Shown here: positions 41,144-50,703 of the stretch, piece after piece
Layout: every line of letters starts with the position of its first letter
Numbering within the stretch: position 1 is the first letter of the stretch
Program-made: the position numbers and the translations under genes
IMG/VR virus record: IMGVR_UViG_3300042319_002356
Span: 26,768-90,767 of that record
Origin: a virus
Strand: one strand, 5' to 3'
DNA length: 64,000 bases
Notes under the pieces: model-generated
What the model was told of the DNA's origin: nothing
Databases searched by the model: none
Seen by the model: only the letters and a program-made list of their open reading frames with translations

Positions 41144-41509
41144 ATGGAAAAGGAATTTGTACCCTACGAGTTGGCGGTTAAACTCAAAGCACTTGGATTT
41201 GATGAAGAATGTTTGAGTTATTATTTTAATAAACAACTATCATTTGGTTCTAAAACTTCTTATGGTGAAGTAGTAGAAGCACCACTCTTCCAACAAGCAT
41301 TCCGTTGGTTTAGAGAGAAGTACGAGTTATTTCATTCAACTAACTACCAAGATGATAATTCTGGTTCAGGTAGTTTTGATTACGAGATTCTTGATAAAAG
41401 AGGGAAACATCAACAAGATGATGACTCTCCTGAATTTGATACCTATGAAGAAGCAGAACTTGCTTGTCTTACCAAGTTAATTGAAATTGTTGAACAAACT
41501 AAAAGATAA
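41144..41509 (+). CDS. Hypothetical phage protein
   Basis: APLFQQAFRWFREK...TYEEAE pattern. Confidence 0.7.
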   Translation: MEKEFVPYELAVKLKALGFDEECLSYYFNKQLSFGSKTSYGEVVEAPLFQQAFRWFREKYELFHSTNYQDDNSGSGSFDYEILDKRGKHQQDDDSPEFDTYEEAELACLTKLIEIVEQTKR

Positions 41510-41573
41510 TTAAAATAAAATTTGGACTGACAGGAACTTTGATATATATTTGTAATCACAAACCGATAAGAAT

Positions 41574-41870
41574 ATGACACAGAAACAACAAGATGCTCTT
41601 GACAACATAATGGATAACTTTGACTTTGACCAAGTTCATAAGGTAATGGTATTCCTTAATTGGAAATGGGCGAATAGTAATGGTGGCCTTGAGGTACCTG
41701 AAAAATATGAATTAAGAAGTGAAGCAAGACGACTTTTGAAAATGGCGATTGAGGAAAAGACGACTGTATCAACTGGCGGATTCTTAGCTGAATACATTGA
41801 TGAAGATGGTGGATGGATGGATTTGAAGTTTGTTGTATCAGATTGGGATGAAGAGGTAAAAAATGGGTAA
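41574..41870 (+). CDS. Hypothetical protein
   Basis: 98 aa ORF. Confidence 0.65.
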   Translation: MTQKQQDALDNIMDNFDFDQVHKVMVFLNWKWANSNGGLEVPEKYELRSEARRLLKMAIEEKTTVSTGGFLAEYIDEDGGWMDLKFVVSDWDEEVKNG

Positions 41871-42057
41871 GGTATGACAAATAAAGAAAAAATTGTAACC
41901 TTTAGTTGTAGTAAATCTGTTCATATATACGGACCAAAAAGTGGATTACTACCAAGGTCTCCGTATAGAACTCACCCAACCATTGATGAAGCGAAAAAGT
42001 TTTTAACTGAAAGGGAAGGGGATTATGAAATAAAATTAGTATATTTGTAAAATAATT

Positions 42058-42177
42058 AGTCAGGTAATGCGTAATGTGGAAACGGCATCACATCCTGAAA
42101 ACACCACGGTCCATAACCATTTGGACGCGAGAAGTATAAAGGTTGCATTGTTGGGGGTTCGAATCCTCTCCTGACTA
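42058..42177 (+). ncRNA. tRNA-like RNA A (acceptor stem and T arm, no canonical anticodon arm)
   Basis: AGTCAGG/CCTGACT-A; GGGGG-TTCGAAT-CCTCT. Confidence 0.75.
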
Positions 42178-42334
42178 CACGGTCTGGCTCATCACCAGAT
42201 AGTATGTCCAATACGATGAGAAATGGTATGATAACCATAGGGAACTTCTGATAGGGAAACGCTCTATCCGGTCTAACTAGCCGCGGGAAATATCAAAGAG
42301 GATGCAAAGAACAACGTGCTCTCGTAGTTAACAT

Positions 42335-42443
42335 AGTCAGGTGGCGGAATTGGTTTGCCTTAGCAGTAGCAGACACTACACAAAAATTGGCCGAATGTCA
42401 ACGATACCAAAAGCTAATACAGGTTCGAATCCTGTCCTGACTA
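42335..42443 (+). ncRNA. tRNA-like RNA B
   Basis: AGTCAGG-TGGCGGAATTGGT...ACAGG-TTCGAAT-CCTGT-CCTGACT-A. Confidence 0.75.
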
Positions 42444-42506
42444 CTAACGGGAAACGCTCACTAACCCTTATAATAGTGTGATGACAGCTCGGAAAGACGG
42501 CAAAAT

Positions 42507-42594
42507 AGTCAGGTGGTGGAATTGGTTGCCATACAAACTTGGAGGGTTACTTACTTTAAGTCCCTGAATACAGGTTCGAATCCTGTCCTGACTA
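42507..42594 (+). ncRNA. tRNA-like RNA C
   Basis: Same acceptor stem and T arm as B, different interior. Confidence 0.75.
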
Positions 42595-42957
42595 CAAAAA
42601 TTAAAATTAAAAAACAAAAAGTATGATTGGGATTCTATTGTTTATATTATTGGGTACGTGGGTGATAATAACGGAAGGAAACATTTTTTTAAGAAAAAAA
42701 GATGATGATGGTGACCACTATCACCAATCAATGGATTGATAAAGGTAATGAGTAAGAGATACTCAACGGTCTTCGAATCAAGACCTAAAGAATGATTCCG
42801 CAGAATGTCTACGGCGCGAGTGGGACATCGTGGGATAAAGGGACTGACACAATCCCTCCCAGTAGTGTTGGATGTTTTTAACGGGTAAGACCAGCAGGTT
42901 TTTAAGAAATAGAAAACCGATATATCTACTCACCTATAATCTCAGGGTGGGGAACTT

Positions 42958-43033
42958 GCCCCCTTGGCGGAATAGGCAGACGCACATCGCTTAGAACGAT
43001 GTTTTAGTGAGAGTTCGAGTCTCTCAGGGGGTA
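42958..43033 (+). tRNA. tRNA-Leu(TAG) with a short variable region
   Basis: CT-TAG-AA loop; only 7 nt between the anticodon and T stems. Confidence 0.85.
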
Positions 43034-43061
43034 CAAATCCCATAATAGTATATTTATGATT

Positions 43062-43685
43062 ATGAAAAATATATTATTAGTTCTTTTAACATTTTGGGTA
43101 TCCATTTCTTTTTCCCAATCTTATGATGTGGTTATTAAAAAACAAAACTACACTTCTTACTTTGAATATGATTATGTAAATCCTACGGTTGTGACTTATA
43201 AGTTATATCACGGAGGTGGTGATTGTAAGAGAGACAAGTTCTATTTTAAAAACGACGAGTCATTTAAGACTGCGACAGACCAAGATTATTCTAAATCAGG
43301 TTATGACAAGGGACATATGGCAAATGCTGAAGACTTTGCTTATGATTGTACTTTGGATGAATTAACATTCAGATATTATAATTGTGTTCCACAACACCCA
43401 AGAATGAATAGAGGTCCTTGGAAGAAAGTTGAAACTGAAATTAGAAAGTGGAGTCAGGATAAAGAGTTGTTAGTTATATGTATTAATGTATTTGGTGATA
43501 AGGACTTACCTAATACAAATGTTGCCATCCCAACGGAGTGTATTAAACTTGTTTATGACTATAAAACAAAGAAGCCAATTGCGGGTTATGTCTTCACAAA
43601 CACGGCAAATCCTGTAATGACTCAGATGACACCTGACGAAATTGTTAAAAAGTATTCTATTACAATTAAGACCTTCTTAAATTAA
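43062..43685 (+). CDS. Exported DNA/RNA non-specific endonuclease (NucA/Serratia-type)
   Basis: Signal peptide; SGYDKGHM and NCVPQ...NRGPW motifs. Confidence 0.88.
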   Translation: MKNILLVLLTFWVSISFSQSYDVVIKKQNYTSYFEYDYVNPTVVTYKLYHGGGDCKRDKFYFKNDESFKTATDQDYSKSGYDKGHMANAEDFAYDCTLDELTFRYYNCVPQHPRMNRGPWKKVETEIRKWSQDKELLVICINVFGDKDLPNTNVAIPTECIKLVYDYKTKKPIAGYVFTNTANPVMTQMTPDEIVKKYSITIKTFLN

Positions 43686-43730
43686 ACAACTATTAATTAT
43701 TGGTTTATGTCTTAGTTGATATTTATCAGC

Positions 43731-45308
43731 ATGAGACACCTATTCTTCCTCCTATTATTAATCCCCAATCTTATACTTGCACAATGTGCTGGGATACCGT
43801 CATTCACATTAAATCCCGCTCCTGTTAATGGTAATTACGAACCAGGGACTGTTGTAACTATGTGTTACACTTTAAATGGTTGGGATACTTCATTTGGTTC
43901 AAATTGGTTGGAGGGGTTTAGTATTAACTTAGGGCCTGGTTGGGTATCTTATACACCTATATCAGCACCTGATGATTGTGGAGGAGCAACACCACCACAA
44001 GGATGGTTATGGTTGGAAAGTGTTACCAATAATGCGGGGACATTAACTGTTGGACCGGGTTACTTTTACGAGGGACCACAAGGACCTACTGATGGAAATC
44101 CGGGAAATGATTGGGGTGACTTTGGAACAAATTGTTTATGGACTTTTTGTGTCCAATTACAAGTATCCGACCAATGTGACCCACTTTCTTTATTGATTGA
44201 AGTTACACCTTATGCTGACGGAACGATGGGAAGTTGGGGAAATGAATCTTGTTTTGATGGACCATTTCAGGTATTCAATGGGGCAATCGCAGGAGGAGAT
44301 GTTGATACGTCACCAATAACTTATGTGACGGATTCAGTTTGTGTTGGACTTATGCAACAATATTCAGTCGTTAATACACCTGGGTCAACATATGAATGGA
44401 GTGCTAATGGTGGATATTTTGGTATTGACCAAAATGGTTCAAATGTTGCGGATGTATATTGGGGAGCTTGGCCTGGAACTTATACATTATATGTTCAGGA
44501 AACAACTGCTGAAGGATGTGTTGGGGATGAAATAACTTTGGATATTACGGTTGTTGATACCTTGATTACATTTGGACAACCAAGAACAGGTCTTTGTTTG
44601 GGAGATTCAACAAAACTATTTGCGTCACCATCAGGGGGATTTTGGGCCGGTGAGAATTTGGTTGGTAATACATTCACAGGTTATAATTCAGGAACCTATC
44701 ACCCAACTTATTTTGTCAACATACACGGATGTCCTGTTGCAGATTCTGTTGAAGTGTTTGTTAGAGAACCATTTACATCACCAATAATTTATACGACATT
44801 ACTAGATATTGATTTATGTCAAAATTCACCTGAACAATTTTATTATGTAAATGAAGAAGTTGGTGTTGAATATACTTGGCATGTTGATGGTATCTTACAA
44901 GAAGATACTGATTTTGAATTATATCAGAATTGGTATGATACAACAATGTTACATACAATAACAGTTTATGGGACGGACACCATTGGATGTGAAAGTGAAC
45001 TCGGTTATATATTAATTGATGTTGAAGCATGTCACAGATTATTTGTTCCAATATCATTCACACCAAATGGTGATGGGTACAATGATGCATTTAAAATTGT
45101 TGGTGAATCAATATATGAACCACATATGAAAATATTCAATAAAGATGGTATGGTTGTGTATGAAATCAAATCAATAACTCAAACTTGGAATGGAAATGAT
45201 GGAACAGGATATTTTTGTCCGAATGGAGTTTATAACTGGGTTATGACTTATAGGGACGATAGAGGGATTGGTCACACACAAAAAGGTCATATTGTTTTGA
45301 TTCGTTAA
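43731..45308 (+). CDS. Secreted beta-rich protein with a T9SS type-B (gliding-motility-associated/CHU_C) CTD
   Basis: Signal peptide; C-terminal FVPISFTPNGDGYNDAF...WNG...GVY.W...GHIVLIR. Confidence 0.88.
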   Translation: MRHLFFLLLLIPNLILAQCAGIPSFTLNPAPVNGNYEPGTVVTMCYTLNGWDTSFGSNWLEGFSINLGPGWVSYTPISAPDDCGGATPPQGWLWLESVTNNAGTLTVGPGYFYEGPQGPTDGNPGNDWGDFGTNCLWTFCVQLQVSDQCDPLSLLIEVTPYADGTMGSWGNESCFDGPFQVFNGAIAGGDVDTSPITYVTDSVCVGLMQQYSVVNTPGSTYEWSANGGYFGIDQNGSNVADVYWGAWPGTYTLYVQETTAEGCVGDEITLDITVVDTLITFGQPRTGLCLGDSTKLFASPSGGFWAGENLVGNTFTGYNSGTYHPTYFVNIHGCPVADSVEVFVREPFTSPIIYTTLLDIDLCQNSPEQFYYVNEEVGVEYTWHVDGILQEDTDFELYQNWYDTTMLHTITVYGTDTIGCESELGYILIDVEACHRLFVPISFTPNGDGYNDAFKIVGESIYEPHMKIFNKDGMVVYEIKSITQTWNGNDGTGYFCPNGVYNWVMTYRDDRGIGHTQKGHIVLIR

Positions 45309-45340
45309 GATTTTTGCTTTATCTTTGTATTCACAAACAA

Positions 45341-45425
45341 GGTCGGGTGCTTGAGTGGTTGAAAAGAGCGGTCTGCAAAACCGTTTGACGAAAGTCACAC
45401 GTCAGTTCGAATCTGACCCCGACCT
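45341..45425 (+). tRNA. tRNA-Cys(GCA) with a long variable arm
   Basis: CT-GCA-AA loop, U73, TGAC-GAAA-GTCA variable arm. Confidence 0.85.
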
Positions 45426-46366
45426 CAAAATTTTTCCCATTATGTCTTGTTGTAAAGAATGTCCGTATAAGGTTGATAACAACCACAATAGAAAGTTAAG
45501 AGAATTTACTGAAAGGACTGGTAGAAAACACACTTGTCATATGGTGAATCCAAAACTATGGGACACAAGTAATGAAAAAGAAATTTGTAAAAATTTTGTG
45601 TAACTGAAAACTTTATATTATCTTTGTCCTATGAAAGTAAAATCAGAATTTGACCAGTTGATTGACAAGAAAAATGATGTTAGAGACCAATTCATTCTTG
45701 TTGATAAAATCCTTAAAGAAACACGTCAGTTACAAGATAAGTCTCGTGGAAAAGGAATCTTTTGGAGAGACCTTGACACATATTATGGTTGTGAAAAGAG
45801 AATTGAGCAACTAAATGGACTTAGAGATTCTCTTTCAGAGTATTATGAATACATTAGTGACCGAATTGAAGAAATAGAAACCAATAAATAAAAAAATATA
45901 TGAATAACTTTTTAGGTGGCGGGTTAGGTTTTTTCTTACAAACAGCAATGGACGAGATGTTCATTTATGAGAACAATCGTGAACAATGGAAAGAATCTAT
46001 CAAACGAAAGTTCCGTGAATCCCGTAATCTTCCACGAAAGAAGAAAAAACAAGTTAGAAAAGAACTTCAACTTGATTGGAGAATTGCAAATTGGGACCCT
46101 TTTAAATTTTGATAATTGAAAATTTCAATTTATATTTGTAGAAATAATTAAACGATATGAAAAACAAAGTTTGGCACAAAGTGGAGATTAGTACTGAAGA
46201 ACAAAAAGTTGAAGTTTACCCAACAGAAACATTCGACGGGATTATTGTTGAAACTAAGGAGTGGGATGGTAGTAGTAGTCCTCGTTTGTATCTTAACAAA
46301 GATGAAATGGAGTTTTTGATTACCAAGATGCAAGAGATGATGAAATACGTGAAGGAATAAAAGAAT

Positions 46367-46470
46367 ACTCAGGTGGCGGAAGCGAGACGAATGCATTAGT
46401 CCGATAGACAGACGCTAGGGTAACTATCCGAGTCAGAAATGACATGAAGGTGCAAGTCCTTCTCTGAGTA
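46367..46470 (+). ncRNA. tRNA-like RNA D
   Basis: ACTCAGG/TCTGAGT-A (compensatory 2:71 change); GAAGG-TGCAAGT-CCTTC. Confidence 0.65.
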
Positions 46471-46540
46471 CAAACCAACCAAGGGCAATACGGGTTCATA
46501 CCTGTGGAGCAAGGAGACGGCCAGGAAAGACTGGCAACAT

Positions 46541-46607
46541 AGTCAGGTAACTTAATTGGCAAAGCTCCTAACAAGGAAGATTGCAGGTTCAAATCCTGTC
46601 CTGACTA
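46541..46607 (+). ncRNA. tRNA-like RNA E (67 nt, truncated anticodon arm)
   Basis: AGTCAGG...TCCT-AACA-AGGA...GCAGG-TTCAAAT-CCTGT-CCTGACT-A. Confidence 0.75.
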
Positions 46608-46814
46608 CAAACTATTAGTAAACTTTAGTACCCGTACAGGTCACGTAGGGTTAAATTAGATACAATTTCGTGCCACATTTGTGGGAACTGGAAGTAGAAT
46701 GCTAAAGAACTAATGGTTAAAAATAAATAAGATTTTTCTTGACACGGGAGTATTTATATCTTACCTTTGTCAAACAATTCGGAAACGACTGAATTGAAAA
46801 ACAAAATATTATAA

Positions 46815-46892
46815 AGCAGGATGGAGAAGATGGTCTATCTCGTGACTCTCATAAGGTCAAGGTCGCAAGTTCGAATCTTGCTCCTGCTTCCA
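46815..46892 (+). tRNA. tRNA-Met(CAT)
   Basis: Cloverleaf with encoded CCA; own promoter at 46739-46769; lacks the three initiator G-C anticodon-stem pairs. Confidence 0.85.
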
Positions 46893-47008
46893 AAAGATAG
46901 AAGTAAGTTTCACCTGTTGCAGGCAACATAAAGTAAGATTCACAACTTGACTGGTCGTTACTTCTTATAGTGAGAAATGTGGACACTATAGGCTATCTTT
47001 TTTTATTT

Positions 47009-47080
47009 GGCCCGTTCGTATAGAAGTAAGTACACTGCCCTTTCACGGCAGAGACGGCGGAGCGTTACCGCCACGGGCTA
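47009..47080 (+). tRNA. tRNA-Glu(TTC) with an atypical T loop
   Basis: CT-TTC-AC loop; T loop reads AGCGTTA. Confidence 0.8.
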
Positions 47081-47977
47081 CAAATCCTTCTCATAAGATT
47101 TAATCCACTTTCGGATTGAGTTGTCAGAAACTCCAAACATTCTTCCTGTTTTACTATATCCATTCGTTTTAACTAAATCAATCAACTCTTGATAAGGAGG
47201 ACGAGTAACTCTTCTCTGTTTAATTGACCTCTCAATTTCACCTTTTGTTAAACCACAAGATTCTCTTTCTTTTTTCTGTCTTTTCTTTGGGAACTTTACT
47301 ACCCCAAGTTTCATAGATTGTATTTTTGGTCTATCATTAATTATTGAGATTATTGTGTTGAATACTGATTTGATATTTGTTTTAACTTCGTTTTCACTAA
47401 CACGTAAGATAAACCAACCATCTTCCTTTAATAACTCATCTTTTTTATCATCCCTTTCTTTTCTTTCAGGTAATAAATGTTGAGACCCATCAATCTCAAC
47501 CGCAACCTTTTCATTAACAAACGCGAAATCTATAAAGTAGGGGAATACAGAATATTCTCTAACTATTGAATATTTTTTATCTAAACACAATTCATATACC
47601 TTTTCCAAAAATAGTTTTTCAGGGTAGGATAAATTCTTAGTCCTCCAAGCAGTTTGTTCGGGGTTTTCTTTCATAAACTTAATCCTGATTTCTCTAATTT
47701 TTTGTTTTGTCTCATCAGAATGTTTGAATGATTCTGGAAATAATTTACGTGCAATTTTATTTGATTCACTTGATGTCCTTAAACTATTCCCTAATAAATC
47801 CACAATTGTTTGTGAACCTAAATTATACTTGTCTTTTATCCTTTTTATTGACCATAATTCATCAATATATAATTTCTTAATCTCTTCTTTTACATTATAA
47901 ACATACTCACAAGTGGTTTGATGAACCATTAGTGCCCCATTATTTTTAATTTCTTTACCACAAATGTTACATTCCAT
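47078..47977 (-). CDS. DUF559/Vsr-like endonuclease with a NUMOD3-like motif and HTH (probable homing endonuclease)
   Basis: KHSDETKQKI, YFIDFA, VAVEIDGSQH, RDDKKD and GWFILR motifs; antisense within the tRNA cluster. Confidence 0.85.
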   Translation of the reverse strand: MECNICGKEIKNNGALMVHQTTCEYVYNVKEEIKKLYIDELWSIKRIKDKYNLGSQTIVDLLGNSLRTSSESNKIARKLFPESFKHSDETKQKIREIRIKFMKENPEQTAWRTKNLSYPEKLFLEKVYELCLDKKYSIVREYSVFPYFIDFAFVNEKVAVEIDGSQHLLPERKERDDKKDELLKEDGWFILRVSENEVKTNIKSVFNTIISIINDRPKIQSMKLGVVKFPKKRQKKERESCGLTKGEIERSIKQRRVTRPPYQELIDLVKTNGYSKTGRMFGVSDNSIRKWIKSYEKDL

Positions 47978-48083
47978 AATACCCTTTTATTATAAATATC
48001 TGAACTCTTATCAAAAGTCAGTTGTCCTAACTATTTTTTTCTTGTTTTTTGAAATATTTATTGTATCTTTGTAAAAGAAATAA

Positions 48084-48165
48084 GGGAGTATCGCATAGCG
48101 GCAATTGCAAGACACTGTAAATGTCTCACCGATAGGTTTCGGAGGTTCGAGTCCTTCTACTCCCA
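48084..48165 (+). tRNA. tRNA-Tyr(GTA)
   Basis: CT-GTA-AA loop, long variable arm; TATCTTTG promoter at 48064. Confidence 0.92.
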
Positions 48166-48168
48166 CAA

Positions 48169-48358
48169 AACAAATCATACAGAAGATGAGGTTAGCACTC
48201 ATTGAAAGGAACTTTGGCTTATGGGAGTAATTACCCAATAAGTTGTAAATGACCCAAAGTACTCTGTGATGGACCCTGCTCTGTGTGGCCACGCAACAGG
48301 TGAGGAGTAAATTATCCTCTGTCAAATCCACAACTACGGAGAGCGTAGATGGTTTGTT
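48169..48358 (+). ncRNA. Unknown multibranched RNA
   Basis: Closing helix AACAAATCAT/ATGGTTTGTT with at least six internal stems. Confidence 0.6.
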
Positions 48359-48427
48359 AAAACTAAAAATGAACTTTAAAAAGGGCGCTTCCTGAAAGAT
48401 TGGCTCGCTGGGCCCGAGTTCATTTTA

Positions 48428-48455
48428 ACCCTTCTCCAAAAGAGAGGGGTTTTTT
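48428..48455 (+). terminator. Intrinsic terminator
   Basis: CCCTTCTC-caaaa-GAGAGGGG followed by T7. Confidence 0.8.
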
Positions 48456-48510
48456 ATTTTACTATTAACTTAATTTGCCTTATCTTTGTCTAAATTAAAA
48501 AAAAATAATT

Positions 48511-49521
48511 ATGAAATTAAAAACTATTCTTTTCGCTCTTATGGGCATTCTGACACTTAACGTGTTTTCTCAATTCCCAATCAACTTGACCGTTATTGGT
48601 GATGTAAATTGTCCATATACCGTTACAGGTATGTACATTGATTCTTTGAACCAAACAACTGGTGAATTGGTTTTGACTTCCGACCCATCAGGTGTTTACA
48701 CAACATCGGTTCCTATGGTTGGTAGTGACATTTATGTTTATCTATGTGCAACCAATTGTATGGGTATGACTCAGTGTACTGGTGGTATTGTTATCTTTGG
48801 AGCAATTAACACATATACAATTGATTTGACTTCAGTTATTGATAGTGACGGTGATGGTTGGGGTGATGATGTTGATTGTGGTCCTTTTGACCCATATACA
48901 CATCCTCAGGCTATGGAAATGTGTGATGGAATTGACAATAACTGTGACGGACAACTTGAAATGACTCCATCACTTAATATGTATTTTGTTTCTGATTCAG
49001 TTGTTACAGAAGATAATACAATCTTTTTGATTAACCAATCTTCAAATTGTATTGGATATTCTTGGACTTTTGGTAATGGTGACTCAGCAAATGTTGCATA
49101 CCCAACAACAACTTATGGAGGTGTTGGAACATATCAAATATGTGTTGGAGGATATTCTATTGACGGATGTGTTGCTGACACTTGTTTAACATTTACAATT
49201 GATTCTATGGGATGGTATCCTGGTGGTATAATGACCGAGTGGGTGTTGAATGTTGTTGATAGTTACACTGTTGGTGTTGAAGAAACAATGACCAACAATG
49301 TTAAGGTATGGCCAAATCCTGTATCAGGTATGATTAACGTATCAACACCATCTAATAACGGAAACATTAAGATTATGTCAGTTGACGGAAGATGTGTTTA
49401 TCAAAACAAATACATAGCAAATATGATGGAAATTGATTCTGAAAATCTAAGTCAGGGGACCTATGTGATTATGATTAATGATGACTCAGGTAAGCTCTAC
49501 ACCACGAAGATTGTAAAGTAA
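48511..49521 (+). CDS. Secreted protein with a Cys/Asp metal-binding repeat, a PKD domain and a T9SS type-A CTD
   Basis: Signal peptide; EMCDGIDNNCDG; WTFGNG; VKVWPNP...GTYVI...KIVK. Confidence 0.88.
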   Translation: MKLKTILFALMGILTLNVFSQFPINLTVIGDVNCPYTVTGMYIDSLNQTTGELVLTSDPSGVYTTSVPMVGSDIYVYLCATNCMGMTQCTGGIVIFGAINTYTIDLTSVIDSDGDGWGDDVDCGPFDPYTHPQAMEMCDGIDNNCDGQLEMTPSLNMYFVSDSVVTEDNTIFLINQSSNCIGYSWTFGNGDSANVAYPTTTYGGVGTYQICVGGYSIDGCVADTCLTFTIDSMGWYPGGIMTEWVLNVVDSYTVGVEETMTNNVKVWPNPVSGMINVSTPSNNGNIKIMSVDGRCVYQNKYIANMMEIDSENLSQGTYVIMINDDSGKLYTTKIVK

Positions 49522-49575
49522 TAATATAAACCCCTCCAAGTGAGGGGTTTTGTTTTTGTAATATATTTATTACAT

Positions 49576-50682
49576 ATGAAGAAGATAGTTAAATTAACTG
49601 AATCAGATTTGGTTAAGATTGTTAAAAGAGTTATAAACGAACAATCAGAACAATCAAAAAAATTATATACATCTTGGGCTAATAAAAAAAGTGGAAATCC
49701 TGAAATGGCAATGTCCATTATGGATGACGTGTTAAAATTCCAAAGGTCATTACCTATGAGGGATTTTGCAAAATATTCTTCATATGAACAGTTAAAGAAA
49801 GATTTGGATAAGGTTATTGGTGACAGGAAAGAAAAAGATGCTACAAAGGTATATGAGGATAAGGACTTGTTAATTATTCAGGCCAATACTTGGGAGGCAA
49901 GTTGTAAGTATGGTGCGGGGACCAAGTGGTGCACTGCCGGTAGAGACACACCTGTGAATTGGGAAAGATATAATAGAACAGGAACTGAGTTCATTTGGAT
50001 TTTTAAGAATAAACCAAATACTGACCCAGGTTATAAGTATTCACATCATATTAAACCCGATGATGGACAAGATTGGTGTGACGCATTAAACAACTGTAGG
50101 GTTGAATTAAGCGATAAATCATACCCAAAGCAACACCCAAAGTATGACGAGATTATTGAAAAGTTAAAATCAATCCATAATGAAAGAAATATTGTGGACC
50201 CAGATAGAGAAAGGAAACTCATTGATAAATTAATTTATACTTGGATTGATAACCATCAGGATGAACTTGAGGCAATGTATTTAAAAGATTTTAATCCTAA
50301 TAAACTTTGGAAGAGTATTTGGAGTGAAACTTTAATGGATGGTGGATGGGAGTATGATTATGAAGATGTTGACCCTGATGAACTTGATAATATCCTTGGT
50401 GACCTTTCCAGAAATATCCCACCGTATTATGGTAATGGTGATATTGAAGTAAGTAATGTTGATTTCTTCTATGATGTTAAATCAGGTATCGGCAGTTATA
50501 TGCATAAGAAACAGATGGCGTTTACTTCTGAGAATTTGGAACGAATTATTAATACTATAGATGTAGATATGATAGCTACAAATAATTTTTTTGATAGTGT
50601 GGATGAAGAAATTGCAGAACGGATGAAAGAAACGGCTTACGAAATGATAAATGATGAACTCAGAGATAGATTGGGTATTTAA
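49576..50682 (+). CDS. Hypothetical protein (WCTA domain) with an LTESDL leader
   Basis: Starts MKKIVKLTESDLVKIVKRVINEQ; ASCKYGAGTKWCTA. Confidence 0.75.
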   Translation: MKKIVKLTESDLVKIVKRVINEQSEQSKKLYTSWANKKSGNPEMAMSIMDDVLKFQRSLPMRDFAKYSSYEQLKKDLDKVIGDRKEKDATKVYEDKDLLIIQANTWEASCKYGAGTKWCTAGRDTPVNWERYNRTGTEFIWIFKNKPNTDPGYKYSHHIKPDDGQDWCDALNNCRVELSDKSYPKQHPKYDEIIEKLKSIHNERNIVDPDRERKLIDKLIYTWIDNHQDELEAMYLKDFNPNKLWKSIWSETLMDGGWEYDYEDVDPDELDNILGDLSRNIPPYYGNGDIEVSNVDFFYDVKSGIGSYMHKKQMAFTSENLERIINTIDVDMIATNNFFDSVDEEIAERMKETAYEMINDELRDRLGI

Positions 50683-50703
50683 TTTATTTAAGATTATAAC
50701 AAT

